Shown here piece by piece: positions 21,393-32,343 of a stretch of 64,000 nt of DNA. The DNA comes from Anaeromyxobacteraceae bacterium (GTDB lineage: Bacteria > Myxococcota > Myxococcia > Myxococcales > Anaeromyxobacteraceae): contig JAULAX010000015.1 of the NCBI GenBank assembly GCA_032654565.1, positions 576,001 through 640,000 of the forward strand, in the 5' to 3' direction. Numbering within the stretch: the stretch's first letter is position 1; each line of letters opens with the position of its first letter. The translations under genes and the position numbers were made by a program. The notes under the pieces are model-generated. The model saw only the letters and a list, made by a program, of their open reading frames with translations. It had not been told where the DNA came from and made no database searches.

Positions 21393-23681
21393 TCAACCCC
21401 CCACTGGCGCCACCGGGGGCCTGCCGCCCTTCCACCCGGCGGCCGCCTCCAGCGTGTACCGGTAGCCGCACTCCACCAGCGCCTCCATGCGCTCGAACTC
21501 CAGCATGCCGAACTGGTCGATGGGGGGGCGCAGGTAGAGGTCGACGCTGCGCCTGACCTGGGCGGTGCGGGCGGCGCTCGCCAGCATGGTGGTGCGCATC
21601 AGGATGTCGATGATGCCCGGGACGGCGATGCGCCTCTGCGCCGGCAGCAGCCGGTTCCAGAGGAGCCGCCACGGCGAGGGGAAGCCCGGCTCGCGCATGC
21701 CGACGTCCTCCTCGGGGCTGACGTCGACGGCGATGACCGGGCCGCCGCCGCACTTCACCCGCATGACGTCGCCGGGGAGGTTGTTGACCACGCCGCCGTC
21801 GACCAGCAGGTGCGGCCCCACCACCACCGGCACGGCGATGCCGGGGAGCGAGCAGCTGGCCCGGTTGGCGGCCCAGGCCGGGCCGGCCTCGTGCACCACC
21901 ATCTCGGCGGTGGTGAGGTTGCTGGAGACCGCGAAGTAGGGGAGCCAGAGGTCCTCGATGCGGGTCTCGCCGAAGGCCATGCGGACGCTCTGCTCGAGCC
22001 CGGAGGTCTTGAGCATGGCCACCATGGGCACCGTGTACTCGCGGAACGGCTTGATGGCCATGATGCGGTAGTTGAGCTCGAAGAGCTCCGCCAGCGAGAG
22101 CCCCAGCGAGAGCTGGCCGGCCATGATGGCGCCCATGCTGGTGCCGCCGATGACGTCGATGGGGACGCCCAGCTCGCGGAGCGCCTTGACCACGCCGAGG
22201 TGGGCGTAGCCGCGGGCGCCGCCGCCGCCGAGGGCCAGGCCGACCGCCCGGCCGGTGATCAGCCGCGCCACCCGGGCGGCGTCCTCGGCGCTCCCCGCCT
22301 TGACGTGGCCGTGGGCGTCGACGTGGCGGACCGCCAGCCAGCGCTCGGTGCCGCTGGGGAGCCGGGTGTCGGACGGGTGGACCAGCACCAGCGTCCGACG
22401 GGCCCGCCGCATCGGGGTCACCTCGGCGCCGAGCAGCGCGGCCTCCAGGGGGCCCGGGGCGCTCCCCTCGCGGGCGTCGGCCACCACCACCACGTGATCG
22501 GCCTGGCCGAGGGCGCGGCGCGACCAGCCGGTGGGCTGCGGGTCGGTCTCCAGCACCACGAAGGCGTGGGCCGACTGCTGGTCCTCGAGCCAGCCGGAGA
22601 GGCGCAGCCAGCTGGGGTGGTCCTCGGGGAGGCGGGAGGCGTCCTCGAGGACGCCGGCCTCCTTGAGGCCGCGGGCGTCGACGGTGAGGGTCGGGCCGAG
22701 GGCCGAGAGCGCACCGGACAGCGCCCGGATGAAGTCGGCGGCGGCGGCGCTGCCGGAGGCCGGCACCACCGCGATGACCTGGCGGCCGGGCGGCGGCCGG
22801 AGCCGGGCGGCCGCCTGCTGCTGGCCGATGAGCGTGCGGGTGATGGAGAGGAGCACCCGGGGGTGCCGCTCCATGATGGCCTCGAACGACCTGACCGGGA
22901 AGCGCGCCACCAGCGAGTCGCGCAGGGCCCAGGGGGTGGCGGTGCGGGGGGCGCCGGTGAGCAGGGCCACCTCGCCCAGGGTCTCGCCGGGACCGACCTC
23001 GCGGACGGCGCGCTCCTCGCCGGTCGGCTCGTCGCTGGTCACCACGCGCAGCCGGCCGGTCAGCACCAGGTACCAGCCGTCGCAGGGGTCCCCCTGGCGG
23101 AAGAGCGGCTCGCCCTGGGCCAGGCTGACCCAATCGACCTCCCGCTCGATCTCCTCGACGAAGCCGCGGTCGAGCGGTCCGAAGACGGCGGGGAGCGCCA
23201 GCCGGAACTGCGAGGCGCGCAGCCGCAGCCGGGTCACCTCGCGGGCCACCGCCAGGGCGGCGGGGAGCTCGCCGGAGAGCAGGTCCAGCGCGCCGCGCGC
23301 CAGGCGGAACACCGTGGACGGCCCGACCGCCTCCACCGTGGCGGTGCGGATGCCGCCGCCGGTGAGCTGCATCTCGCCCACCGGCTCGCCGGGGCGGATG
23401 CGGCCGACCTCGACGCGGGTGCCGTCGGGGCGGCGGACCAGCGCCTGCAGCTCGCCGGCCTCCACCAGGAAGAGGTCGTCGCCGGCCTCGCCCTGCCGGA
23501 CCAGCACCTCGCCGGCCGCCAGCTCCCGCCGCTCCAGGGCGTGCGCGATCCGCCACGACACCTCGTCGGTGACGTCGCCGAAGAAGGGGTGGGACTTCAT
23601 GGCGGCGTAGGCGCGCCGGACCGCTTCGGTGGGTGCCGTGGGCGGTCCGGGGGACGCCGCCGTCGGGCCCTGGGGAGCCAT
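21393..23681 (-). CDS. cyclic-nucleotide-binding patatin-like phospholipase (NTE family)
   Basis: Two cNMP domains (GEM..RTATV; GEV..PRTAT), GGGGARG, GTSMG, DGG. Confidence 0.92.
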   Translation of the reverse strand: MAPQGPTAASPGPPTAPTEAVRRAYAAMKSHPFFGDVTDEVSWRIAHALERRELAAGEVLVRQGEAGDDLFLVEAGELQALVRRPDGTRVEVGRIRPGEPVGEMQLTGGGIRTATVEAVGPSTVFRLARGALDLLSGELPAALAVAREVTRLRLRASQFRLALPAVFGPLDRGFVEEIEREVDWVSLAQGEPLFRQGDPCDGWYLVLTGRLRVVTSDEPTGEERAVREVGPGETLGEVALLTGAPRTATPWALRDSLVARFPVRSFEAIMERHPRVLLSITRTLIGQQQAAARLRPPPGRQVIAVVPASGSAAAADFIRALSGALSALGPTLTVDARGLKEAGVLEDASRLPEDHPSWLRLSGWLEDQQSAHAFVVLETDPQPTGWSRRALGQADHVVVVADAREGSAPGPLEAALLGAEVTPMRRARRTLVLVHPSDTRLPSGTERWLAVRHVDAHGHVKAGSAEDAARVARLITGRAVGLALGGGGARGYAHLGVVKALRELGVPIDVIGGTSMGAIMAGQLSLGLSLAELFELNYRIMAIKPFREYTVPMVAMLKTSGLEQSVRMAFGETRIEDLWLPYFAVSSNLTTAEMVVHEAGPAWAANRASCSLPGIAVPVVVGPHLLVDGGVVNNLPGDVMRVKCGGGPVIAVDVSPEEDVGMREPGFPSPWRLLWNRLLPAQRRIAVPGIIDILMRTTMLASAARTAQVRRSVDLYLRPPIDQFGMLEFERMEALVECGYRYTLEAAAGWKGGRPPVAPVGG

Positions 23682-23765
23682 GGCGTCGATGTTGCCGGGT
23701 CGGGCCAGCCGTGTCGAGGTTCCACGCCGGAACCGGCACGCCCGGCCATCAGGCGGTCGGGCCGC

Positions 23766-23919
23766 TCACTCGTACTCCTTCTTGATCACGAAGAACGACC
23801 CTCGGATCACCCCCCGCCAGCTTCGACCTCTGCCTGGCGAACTTGAACCGGCCCGGGGCGACCGGGGAAGACTCCAGGCCGGAGGTGGAGACGCACTCGA
23901 AGTCGACGACCTGGGCCAT
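23766..23919 (-). pseudogene. internally deleted, frameshifted remnant of a conserved hypothetical gene
   Basis: GGAGG RBS + MAQVVDFECVSTSGLESSPVA joined to RFKFARQRSKLAG; an extra G in a G6 run shifts the frame before VIRGSFFVIKKEYE-stop. Confidence 0.55.
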
Positions 23920-24423
23920 CGGTACGCCTCCGGACGATCGACACGTCGAAGGTCATGGCCGCCGGAAGCCGTCGCCGCCGGCCCGTGGCACGTCGCGGCT
24001 TCTCCACGTCGACGAGCCTCTCGAGCAGGTCGGCCCGGGGGAGGCGGCAGGTCGCAGTCGTCCGGAAAATCGTGGCGGCTGGTACTGGCCCGGAAGTGAT
24101 ACGAAGTCTCGTCGACGGAGAAGTCGTCGCACCTCTGGGGGCGACGGAAAACAGAGGGGTTTCCAGCCCGGGCCGTGCCCGGGAGCGACACGCCTGGGCC
24201 ACCCAACTGAGGCGGCCGCGCTGGAGGACCCCATCAGAGCCCGAAAGAATACCCTTGCGGGGCGTTCCCTCGCCGTGGCAGCGTTCCCTCAGTCAAATCC
24301 AGGCAGCGACCCTTGTGGCCCGAGTACCTCGAGTGCCCTACCCGGATCAGCTCGACGGGCTGTCGTCAGTTTCCCCACCCGCGAGCATGCCGTCCCCAGT
24401 TCAAATGACAGGAGCTTCCGAGC

Positions 24424-27315
24424 ATGAGCCACATTCTCAGAGTATTCCAGGTCGCGTTCTCCATCGCCCTCACCCTCCCGCTGGTCGCCACCACGGCTCA
24501 CGCCGCCGATGGCCAGGCCAGGACCTACGTCGTCCAGCTCGACGGTGACCCCGTGGTCGGCTACCGGGGTGGTCTCCCCGGCCTGGCCGCCACCCGCCCG
24601 GCGCCCGGCCAGAAGATCGACCGGAACCAGGCCGACGTGGCCCGCTACGCCAGGCACCTCGACGCCCGGAGCGCCGCGGCCCTGACCGCCGCCGGCGGCG
24701 GCCGAAAGCTCTACGACTACCGGTACGCGCTCCACGGCTTCGCCGCCGTGCTCACGCCGGCCCAGGCCCAGAAGCTGGCCTCGGTGCCCGGGGTGCTCTC
24801 GGTCCAGGAGGACGAGCTCCGCCAGGTGGAGACCATCTCCACGCCCGACTTCCTCGGGCTCACCGGCCGCCGCGGCCTCTGGGCGCAGCTGGGCGGCGTC
24901 GGCCAGGCCGGCGAGGACGTGGTCATCGGCATGGTCGACAGCGGCATCTGGCCGGAGAGCGCCAGCTTCTCCGGGCGCGGCTACGACGACACCCTCGGCG
25001 AGTTCCGGCCCTGGAGCGGCGCCTGCGTGACCGGCGAGGCCTTCCCGGCCAGCGCCTGCAACAACAAGATCATCGGCGCCCGCTACTACGACACCGGCTT
25101 CGGCGGGCCGGCCGGGGTCAAGGCCACCTTCCCGTACGAGTTCAACTCGGCGCGCGACACCGAGGGGCACGGCACCCACACCTCCAGCACCGCCGCCGGC
25201 AACCACGGCGTGACCGCCCTGTACGACGGCATCAACCTGGGCCGGCTGAGCGGCATGGCGCCCCGGGCCCGCATCGCCGTCTACAAGGTCTGCTGGGGTC
25301 GGGCGGCCGATCCCAACGGCCGGGCCGGCTGCTTCACCTCCGACTCGGTGGCCGCCATCGATGACGCCGTCGCCGACGGCGTGGACGTGATCAACTTCTC
25401 CATCAGCGGCTCGCGCACCAGCTTCGTCGATCCGGTCGAGGTCGCCTTCCTCTTCGCCGCCGACGCCGGCGTCTTCGTGGCCGCCTCGGCCGGCAACAGC
25501 GGCCCTGGCGCCAGCACCGCCGCCCACAACAGCCCCTGGCTGACCTCGGTGGCGGCCGGGACGCACGATCGCTTCTTCGCCGCCACGGTGAAGCTCGGCG
25601 ACGGCAACCAGTACAGCGGCGCCTCGCTGGGCGCGGGCACGGCCACGCTGCCGGTGGTGCTCTCCACCTCGGCCGGTCGGGCCGGCGCGGACCCCACCCA
25701 GGTGCGGCTCTGCTTCCTCGGCACCCTCGACCCCGCGGTGGTGACCGGCAAGATCGTGGTCTGCGACCGCGGCGTCAACGACCGGGTCGAGAAGAGCCGC
25801 GAGGTGCTGCGTGCCGGCGGCCTCGGCATGATCCTGGTGAACACCTCGGCCAACACCCTCAACGCCGACATCCACTCGGTCCCCACCGTCCACCTCGGCC
25901 ACCTCGACCGGCCGGCCATCGTCGCCTACGTCTCCGGGACGGCGGCGCCCACCGCCCAGCTCTCGCCCTTCGTCCTGACGCACACCGCGGTGGCCCCGGC
26001 CGTGGCCAGCTTCTCGTCGCGCGGTCCGGCGCTGGCCTCCGGTGACCTCCTCAAGCCCGACGTCATGGCGCCGGGCGTGGACATCCTGGCCGCGGTGGCG
26101 CCCATCAACGGCGGCCGCGACTTCGAGTTCTACCAGGGCACCTCGATGTCGAGCCCGCACGTGGCCGGCGTCGCCGCGCTGCTCCGCGGCCTGCACCGGG
26201 ACTGGAGCCCGGCCATGATCAAGTCGGCGCTGGTGACCACGGCCAGCCAGACCACCAACGCCGGCACGCCCATCGCCGGCGGCTTCTTCGCCACCGGCGC
26301 CGGCGAGGTGGTGCCGTCGTCCGCCGCCGACCCGGGCCTGGTGTTCGACGCCGGGTTCGACGACTACTGGGCCTTCCTCTGCGCCAACGGCAACGTCAAC
26401 CCGGCCTACTGCCCCGCCGTGGTCCCCCCCAGGTCGAACCTGAACCAGCCCTCCATCGCGGTCTCGGCCCTCACCGGCGTCCGGACCGTGACCCGCACCG
26501 TGACCAACGTCTCGGGCGAGCAGGAGAGCTACGCCTGCTCGGCCAGCGTGCCGGGCTTCACGGCCACGGTCAGCCCGGCCTCCTTCTCCATCCGCAAGAA
26601 CGCCACCCAGCCCCTGGCCATCACCTTCACCCGCGGCACGGCGGCCTTCCGGGCCTACTCGCAGGGCTACCTCACCTGCACCGGCAGCCGGGGCCACGTC
26701 GTCAAGAGCCCGGTGGCGCTGCGGCCGCTGGTCCTCAACGCGCCGACCGAGGTGGCGGGCACCGGCGCTCCGCTCAGCTACCAGGTGACGCCGGGCTACA
26801 CCGGCACGTTCTCGGCGGCGGCGGCGGGGCTGGTCCCGGCCGTCACCGCGAGCGGCGCGGTCTCGGACAACGAGTCGCTCTACTTCGACGTGGTGGTCCC
26901 GGCGGGCACGCCGCTGGCCCGCTTCGCCCTGTTCAACGAGACCACCACGCCGGGTAGCGACCTCGACCTGTACGTCTACCGGGGCGCGGCCTGGACCCTG
27001 GTCGGCGCCAGCGGCGGCTCCACGTCGGCGGAGCAGGTCGACCTGGTCAACCCGGTGGCCGAGACCTACCACGTCGAGGTGAACGGCTACGCCACCGCCA
27101 ACCCCAGCGCCTTCACGCTCTTCACCTGGGTGGTGGGCGCCGACGCCGGCAACATGGCGGTGACCGCCCCGGCCACCGTGACCGTCGGCGTGCCCGCCAG
27201 CGTCGGCCTCTCCTTCACCGGCCTGGCCCCGGCCACCCGGTACCTGGGTGTGGTCGGCTACGGCGGCGGCGCGGCCACCGCGGCGCCCACGGTGGTTCGC
27301 GTCACCACCCCGTAG
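24424..27315 (+). CDS. S8 subtilisin-like serine protease (I9 propeptide, PA domain, Fn3-like and PPC-like domains)
   Basis: Catalytic triad DSG, HGTH, GTSMSSPH; CNNKIIGARYY; signal peptide. Confidence 0.95.
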   Translation: MSHILRVFQVAFSIALTLPLVATTAHAADGQARTYVVQLDGDPVVGYRGGLPGLAATRPAPGQKIDRNQADVARYARHLDARSAAALTAAGGGRKLYDYRYALHGFAAVLTPAQAQKLASVPGVLSVQEDELRQVETISTPDFLGLTGRRGLWAQLGGVGQAGEDVVIGMVDSGIWPESASFSGRGYDDTLGEFRPWSGACVTGEAFPASACNNKIIGARYYDTGFGGPAGVKATFPYEFNSARDTEGHGTHTSSTAAGNHGVTALYDGINLGRLSGMAPRARIAVYKVCWGRAADPNGRAGCFTSDSVAAIDDAVADGVDVINFSISGSRTSFVDPVEVAFLFAADAGVFVAASAGNSGPGASTAAHNSPWLTSVAAGTHDRFFAATVKLGDGNQYSGASLGAGTATLPVVLSTSAGRAGADPTQVRLCFLGTLDPAVVTGKIVVCDRGVNDRVEKSREVLRAGGLGMILVNTSANTLNADIHSVPTVHLGHLDRPAIVAYVSGTAAPTAQLSPFVLTHTAVAPAVASFSSRGPALASGDLLKPDVMAPGVDILAAVAPINGGRDFEFYQGTSMSSPHVAGVAALLRGLHRDWSPAMIKSALVTTASQTTNAGTPIAGGFFATGAGEVVPSSAADPGLVFDAGFDDYWAFLCANGNVNPAYCPAVVPPRSNLNQPSIAVSALTGVRTVTRTVTNVSGEQESYACSASVPGFTATVSPASFSIRKNATQPLAITFTRGTAAFRAYSQGYLTCTGSRGHVVKSPVALRPLVLNAPTEVAGTGAPLSYQVTPGYTGTFSAAAAGLVPAVTASGAVSDNESLYFDVVVPAGTPLARFALFNETTTPGSDLDLYVYRGAAWTLVGASGGSTSAEQVDLVNPVAETYHVEVNGYATANPSAFTLFTWVVGADAGNMAVTAPATVTVGVPASVGLSFTGLAPATRYLGVVGYGGGAATAAPTVVRVTTP

Positions 27316-27362
27316 CCCCCGGCGGCGCCGCGCAACCCGCGGCGTCGACCCGGGTCGAACTC

Positions 27363-27393
27363 GAGGGGCCGGCCTCCGGGCCGGCCCCTTTCT
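27363..27393 (+). terminator. Rho-independent terminator after the subtilase
   Basis: AGGGGCCGGCC-TCCG-GGCCGGCCCCT then TTCT. Confidence 0.75.
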
Positions 27394-27442
27394 CGTGCGG
27401 GCCAGCCCCCTCCGAACCACCCCGGTGTTCTAAGCTGGGTCC

Positions 27443-28774
27443 ATGACCACACTCTCCGCCCTGGCGCTGGCCCTGCTGCTCACCGCCCCCGACGCCCGCA
27501 GCCCCCGCGTGGAGGCGCTCACCGCCGCCGTCGAACCGGCCCGGCTCCAGGCCACGGTGGGCCGGCTGGTGGCCTTCGGGACCCGCCACACGCTCTCCGA
27601 GACCGGGTCGGCGACCCGCGGCATCGGCGCGGCGCGGCGCTGGCTGGCCGCCGAGGTGGCGGCGCTGGCCGCGGCCCCCGGCTCGCGGCTCCAGCCCTTC
27701 GACGACCGCTTCACCGCCGAGCCGGCGCCACGCATCCCGCGCCCGGTGGAGCTCTGGAACGTCGGGGCGCTCCTGCCCGGGACCGATCCGGCCCGCGGCA
27801 CAGAGGCCATCGTCCTGACGGCCCACTACGACAGCCGGGCCAGCGACATCATGGACGCCGCCGGTGACGCGCCCGGCGCGGTGGATGACGGCAGCGGCGT
27901 GGCCATGATCCTGGAGCTGGCCCGGGTCATGGCCCGCGACCGGCCGGCGGTGGCGGTCTACTTCGTGGCCGTGGCCGGCGAGGAGCAGGGGCTGACCGGC
28001 TCCACGCACCTGGCGAAGCGGCTGGCGGCCGAGGGGGTGACGGTGCTGGCCATGGTCTCGGTGGACACGGTGGGCAACACCGAGGGGCAGGACGGGGTGA
28101 AGGACGACGTGGCGGTGCGGGTCTTCTCGGAGGGGGTGAGCACGGTCGAGACGGAGCCGGCCCGGAAGCTGCGGGAGGCGGTGGGGGGCGAGAACGACGG
28201 CCTGGCCCGCGAGTGGGCCCGCTACCTGAAGCGGGTCGGCGAGCGCTACGTCGAGAACCTCGACGTCTGGGTGATGCTGCGGCGCGACCGGATCGCCCGC
28301 GGCTCGGACCACGCCAGCTTCTCCCGCCTCGGCGTCGGGGCGGTGCGGCTCACCGAGGCCCACGAGCACTACGACCGGCAGCACCAGGTCCCTCGCGTCG
28401 AGGGGGGGCGGAGCTACGGCGACGACCTCGCCCACTTCGACGCCGGCTACTGCGCCAAGGTGGGGCGCGGGCTGCTGGCGGCGGTGGCCACGCTGGCGGC
28501 GGCGCCGGCCCCGGTGCGCGACCTCACGCTGGGCGGCGCGGTCAGCCCCGACACCCGGCTGCGCTGGAGGCTCCCCGCCGATCCGCGCGTCGCCGGGGTG
28601 GTGGTCTACCGGCGGCGCGCCGACTCGGTGAGCTGGCAGCGGGCCACCCGCCACCCTCGCGGCGAGGCGCTCACCTTCCGCGACGTGGTGCCGGACAGCC
28701 ACGTCTTCGCGGTGGCCACCGTGGACGCCGAGGGGAACGAGGGGCTGCCGGTCGCCCCCTCGAAGCTGGAGTGA
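27443..28774 (+). CDS. secreted M28 family aminopeptidase
   Basis: AHYDS, GAVDDGSG, GEEQGL, SDHASF; signal peptide. Confidence 0.9.
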   Translation: MTTLSALALALLLTAPDARSPRVEALTAAVEPARLQATVGRLVAFGTRHTLSETGSATRGIGAARRWLAAEVAALAAAPGSRLQPFDDRFTAEPAPRIPRPVELWNVGALLPGTDPARGTEAIVLTAHYDSRASDIMDAAGDAPGAVDDGSGVAMILELARVMARDRPAVAVYFVAVAGEEQGLTGSTHLAKRLAAEGVTVLAMVSVDTVGNTEGQDGVKDDVAVRVFSEGVSTVETEPARKLREAVGGENDGLAREWARYLKRVGERYVENLDVWVMLRRDRIARGSDHASFSRLGVGAVRLTEAHEHYDRQHQVPRVEGGRSYGDDLAHFDAGYCAKVGRGLLAAVATLAAAPAPVRDLTLGGAVSPDTRLRWRLPADPRVAGVVVYRRRADSVSWQRATRHPRGEALTFRDVVPDSHVFAVATVDAEGNEGLPVAPSKLE

Positions 28775-28849
28775 GGGGGCGCAGGGGGAACTCCCTCCAA
28801 GCGACCCGCAGCTCGTTCGGGAAGCGGGCCTCCAGCCGCCGCAGCGGCC

Positions 28850-29194
28850 TCAGCGCTGCCAGAGGCCGTGGTCGATGCCGCCCAGGAGATAGATGGCGAA
28901 GGTGCCCTGGCCGGGAATCTCCATGGGTGGCACCGCGATCCGGGCACCGGCCGCCTCTGCGGCCTTCACGGCGGCCTCGATGTCCTTCACGAGGACGTAG
29001 GGGCGAACCACAGGTGCCTCGTCCTCGCGCAACGGGGCGCGTACGCCGAGACGTCCTCCGTCACCCAGGCTCGCGGTGCGGGCGTTGCCAAGTCCCGCCA
29101 CCGGCTCGCCGAAGGTCACGCCGTGCGCCTTCGCCAGCGCGGCGCAGGTCTCCTCGACCCTGGGCGTCACGATCTCGAGGTAATGGATGATCAT
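28850..29194 (-). CDS. VOC/glyoxalase-family protein
   Basis: IHYLEIVT...PYVLVKDIEAAV...PPMEIPGQGTFAIY; GAGGAG RBS. Confidence 0.85.
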   Translation of the reverse strand: MIIHYLEIVTPRVEETCAALAKAHGVTFGEPVAGLGNARTASLGDGGRLGVRAPLREDEAPVVRPYVLVKDIEAAVKAAEAAGARIAVPPMEIPGQGTFAIYLLGGIDHGLWQR

Positions 29195-29465
29195 CTGCTT
29201 CTCCTCCCCTGGAGGTTGGTGGGGCGGATGGATCGCTGGATGGGCGCAGCCGGACACGACCGGCGCAAGACAGAGGACGAGGACCCGGAGCGGAGCGGCG
29301 ACCATGGCAGACGAGTCTCCCCTGCGACCTGGATGAGGCTTCCGCGCGTCGACGCAGACCACCGGGAGCGGATGAAAGCTGACACGAGGCGGCCATTCCG
29401 GCAAGGCGACTTGGGCGACAGGGGAACCCGACCACGTGGTTTGGCTGGTCAACTGCGGAGGCAGC

Positions 29466-31382
29466 TCAGCGCTCGGTGTAGAGCGCGATCCCCGTGTAGA
29501 CCCAGAGCTTGCCGGACGGGGTGAATCCGAGCGAATTCACCCAGGAACCGGACAGGGGCCACGTCGTCCAGGCGCCGTCCGCCTCCCGGACTGCGACATT
29601 CGCGGGTTCTGGGAACGAGTTGACATCGGTCCAGGCGACGGCGAGGCGTGTCCCGTCTGCCGAGACCGCGCCCTGGACGCGGTTGGAGACGGTCGCGAAC
29701 CGCGTCCCCGCGCCCCAGCCGCCCGGGCCGCGGTCGTATGCGTCCAACTCGCTGGTCGCGTCCGTCCCGCCGTCGATGATGAGCGTCGTTCCCGTCGCGA
29801 CAGCGAGGAGACGGAGCGCTTCGATGTTGGCGGCGACGACGGCCGCTGCCGCGGGGGGTGGCTCATATTGCCACCCCAACACGCCGTGTACGGCGAACTG
29901 GACGTCCACCAGCGGATACAGGTCCCCGGGGAGGGCCGGTCGAGCCACCGCGTAGACGACCTGCGGCTCGCCACCTGCTCCGACGGCGATCGAGCACTTC
30001 ACGGTAGTACCGGAGTGGGGGATGGGCTCGGACACCCAGATGCCGGAGCCGTTCGTTGCGTACGAGAGGTCGAACCCGAAATCGCACGTCACCAGGTGCA
30101 GCGCGCCGGCGGCGTCGATCGTCGCGTCGGTGGGACGGAACGGAAGCAGCTCGCTGTGCCACCCTCCGGCGTCGCGCCAATCGTGCGCAGCATCCGGGAA
30201 GAACATGCTGTAGAAGAAATGCGCGGTGCCGTCGGTAGCGCGCAAGTAGGACGGCGCCAGGAAGTTCCATGCGGGATCGGGGATGTCGTGCGTGGTCCAG
30301 CCGGCCACGTCTTGCTGGTACACGCGGAGCCCCGAGGACGCCACGGCGGCCGTGGTGAACCATCCGTCGGCATCGCGATACACGGGAACACCGGGAAGAT
30401 TCACGAACGACGGGACGAACGGACCCGACGGAGTCCCGACGGCCGCTGGCGAGCTGGACACCTCGAGCGTGCCCGTGGCGCGGACGGTGATCCGGTACTG
30501 GTAGGTGCCCTCCACCGGGACCGTGTCGTCGTGGGCGGCCACGGAGGGTCCGAGCGTCGCGACATTCTGCCAGTCGCCGTACCCCCAGCGCGTGCGCTGC
30601 ACGATCTGCTGGGCCCACGGAATCTGGCTTACCGGCGTCCAGGTGAGGTGGACGGTGAGGCCTCCGAGCGAGGACGCCGCGAGGCCGGTCGGCGGGAGCG
30701 GCGGGGCGGGGTTGGTGGCTGCGGCAACGCTCTCGCTCTCGAGCGCGCCGAGGACGTACCGGAGCCGGTACTCGAGCCGGCTCCCGTCGACCCACGCGCC
30801 GACGCCCCAGTCCATGAACGAGACGTCACCGACCATCACTCCGGGGATGCGGTCCCACGGCACGGTCTCGACATCGCCGCGCACGGCGCGCCGCTCGAGG
30901 ACCAACTCGGCTGCGGCGGTCGAGCCTCGGATCCAGACGAGCCGGGCTGACGCGGTCGGCCATGATGCGATGACCTCCACGGTGAGGTCCGACGCCGGGC
31001 GCAGCCCGCGCGCGATCACGGCTTCGTCGCTCCACTGCGACGGCACGTCACGGATGAACGCGCGCACCCGAAACCCGAGCTTGGTCACCTCGGGTACCTC
31101 CGGGTCGAGCATCAGCTCGAAGCGGGACGTCGTCCCCAGGAACTTGCCGAGCGGGACCCAGCTCCCGCCGCCAACTCTGCCGCTCACCTCGTACGCCCAG
31201 ACCCCGCCCTCCGCCTTCCAGCCCAGCACGATCCTGTCGAACGAGACGAGCTCCGCTCGAACGCTCCCCGGACTCGCAGGCGTCGAGTCTCCGCTCCAAG
31301 GAAAGACGAAATCACACCCGGTCACGACGCTCGCGACGAGGATGAAAGCAGCGAGGCGCGACCTCGCTCCACGCCGGCTCAC
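29466..31382 (-). CDS. large lipoprotein with fibronectin type III-like repeats and a beta-rich C-terminus
   Basis: Lipobox VVTGC; Fn3-like motifs (P..L....V.LTW, YQYRITVRA); GTG start overlaps upstream TGA. Confidence 0.7.
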   Translation of the reverse strand: MSRRGARSRLAAFILVASVVTGCDFVFPWSGDSTPASPGSVRAELVSFDRIVLGWKAEGGVWAYEVSGRVGGGSWVPLGKFLGTTSRFELMLDPEVPEVTKLGFRVRAFIRDVPSQWSDEAVIARGLRPASDLTVEVIASWPTASARLVWIRGSTAAAELVLERRAVRGDVETVPWDRIPGVMVGDVSFMDWGVGAWVDGSRLEYRLRYVLGALESESVAAATNPAPPLPPTGLAASSLGGLTVHLTWTPVSQIPWAQQIVQRTRWGYGDWQNVATLGPSVAAHDDTVPVEGTYQYRITVRATGTLEVSSSPAAVGTPSGPFVPSFVNLPGVPVYRDADGWFTTAAVASSGLRVYQQDVAGWTTHDIPDPAWNFLAPSYLRATDGTAHFFYSMFFPDAAHDWRDAGGWHSELLPFRPTDATIDAAGALHLVTCDFGFDLSYATNGSGIWVSEPIPHSGTTVKCSIAVGAGGEPQVVYAVARPALPGDLYPLVDVQFAVHGVLGWQYEPPPAAAAVVAANIEALRLLAVATGTTLIIDGGTDATSELDAYDRGPGGWGAGTRFATVSNRVQGAVSADGTRLAVAWTDVNSFPEPANVAVREADGAWTTWPLSGSWVNSLGFTPSGKLWVYTGIALYTER

Positions 31383-32023
31383 AGCGTCACCCCCACGAGG
31401 AGACCCAGCGTATTCGCGTCCGTCACCGGTCCCCCAACCTGCAACTGCTGGCGCTCCAGCGCGAATCGCAGGCCGAACGAGACCGATGCCGCGTCCGTGC
31501 GCACCGGTGTGATCCACTCCGCCTGTGCGACGAGAGCGAGCGAATTCCTCAGCTCCAGGTCGGGCCCGCCGGTGACGCTCGTCCCCTGGTACTTCGGCGA
31601 GAGGGAGATGCACGCGCCAGTGGAGAGGCGCGCGCGAACGAAATTGAGCGCCGCCAGGATCTCCAAGGGGAATGCCAGGTAGCGGAAGCTCCCTTGGCCA
31701 GAGGCGGCGAGGCCGTACTTGATGCCGAATGTCGCCCTCAGGTCGAACGAGGGGCTTGCGGTGGGCCGGATCGCGACACCGGCAGAGAGCACCCCGCCGT
31801 TCGCCTTGAGCGCTTCGGTGTGTCCGTCCGGGAACGGGACCTGCAAGGACTGTGTAACCCCAAGGTCGTAGCGCGCCGCGGCGATGAAGCGGACCTTTGG
31901 GCCGGGCGGGCCCGGCGGCGCAGCGGACGTGGACTCTGCGGCCGGCGCCTCGGCCGCCTGGGCGTGGCCGCAGAGCAAGAGCAAGACCGCGACAAGCCTC
32001 GCTCGCTGCAACCTCTTGACCAT
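31379..32023 (-). CDS. secreted outer-membrane beta-barrel-like protein
   Basis: Signal peptide (AHAQA-like), amphipathic strands, ends LLVGVTL. Confidence 0.65.
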   Translation of the reverse strand: MVKRLQRARLVAVLLLLCGHAQAAEAPAAESTSAAPPGPPGPKVRFIAAARYDLGVTQSLQVPFPDGHTEALKANGGVLSAGVAIRPTASPSFDLRATFGIKYGLAASGQGSFRYLAFPLEILAALNFVRARLSTGACISLSPKYQGTSVTGGPDLELRNSLALVAQAEWITPVRTDAASVSFGLRFALERQQLQVGGPVTDANTLGLLVGVTL

Positions 32024-32343
32024 TGGTCCGCTCCCGCGTGAAGGGCACCGTACCAGACACCACCTGCGGGATGGAACCGCCAGAACCGATGAGGGTCGGA
32101 GCAACGGCGGCAACGGTACCGGACGATGTTCGGCCGTGCCCTCACCGCCCACGCGCCGCGCCCCTCCCCCCGGGTAATTCAACTACCGGTTGAAGCGCCA
32201 GGTCATCAGCGGCGCCAAGGGCGACCAGGAGCGGGTCTGGTAGCGGGTGAGTCCGGAGCTGGCGCACGTGAGGGTGTTGAACCTCATCCGAATCCCGGAG
32301 GGAGCCATGCGAAGCGCCGGCTCCGAAACCTGACCACCTCCGC

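Noticed and set aside
24240..24423. Riboswitch in the long leader of the subtilase (also considered 21242-21390)
   Set aside because: Only a 10-bp direct repeat GCGTTCCCTC (24262, 24281) was seen; no recognisable riboswitch consensus by eye; needs an Infernal search
29380..32340. Integron attC sites or an integron-integrase fragment around the accessory genes
   Set aside because: No convincing paired RYYYAAC/GTTRRRY boxes; the GAKGDQERV resemblance near 32210 is too short to support
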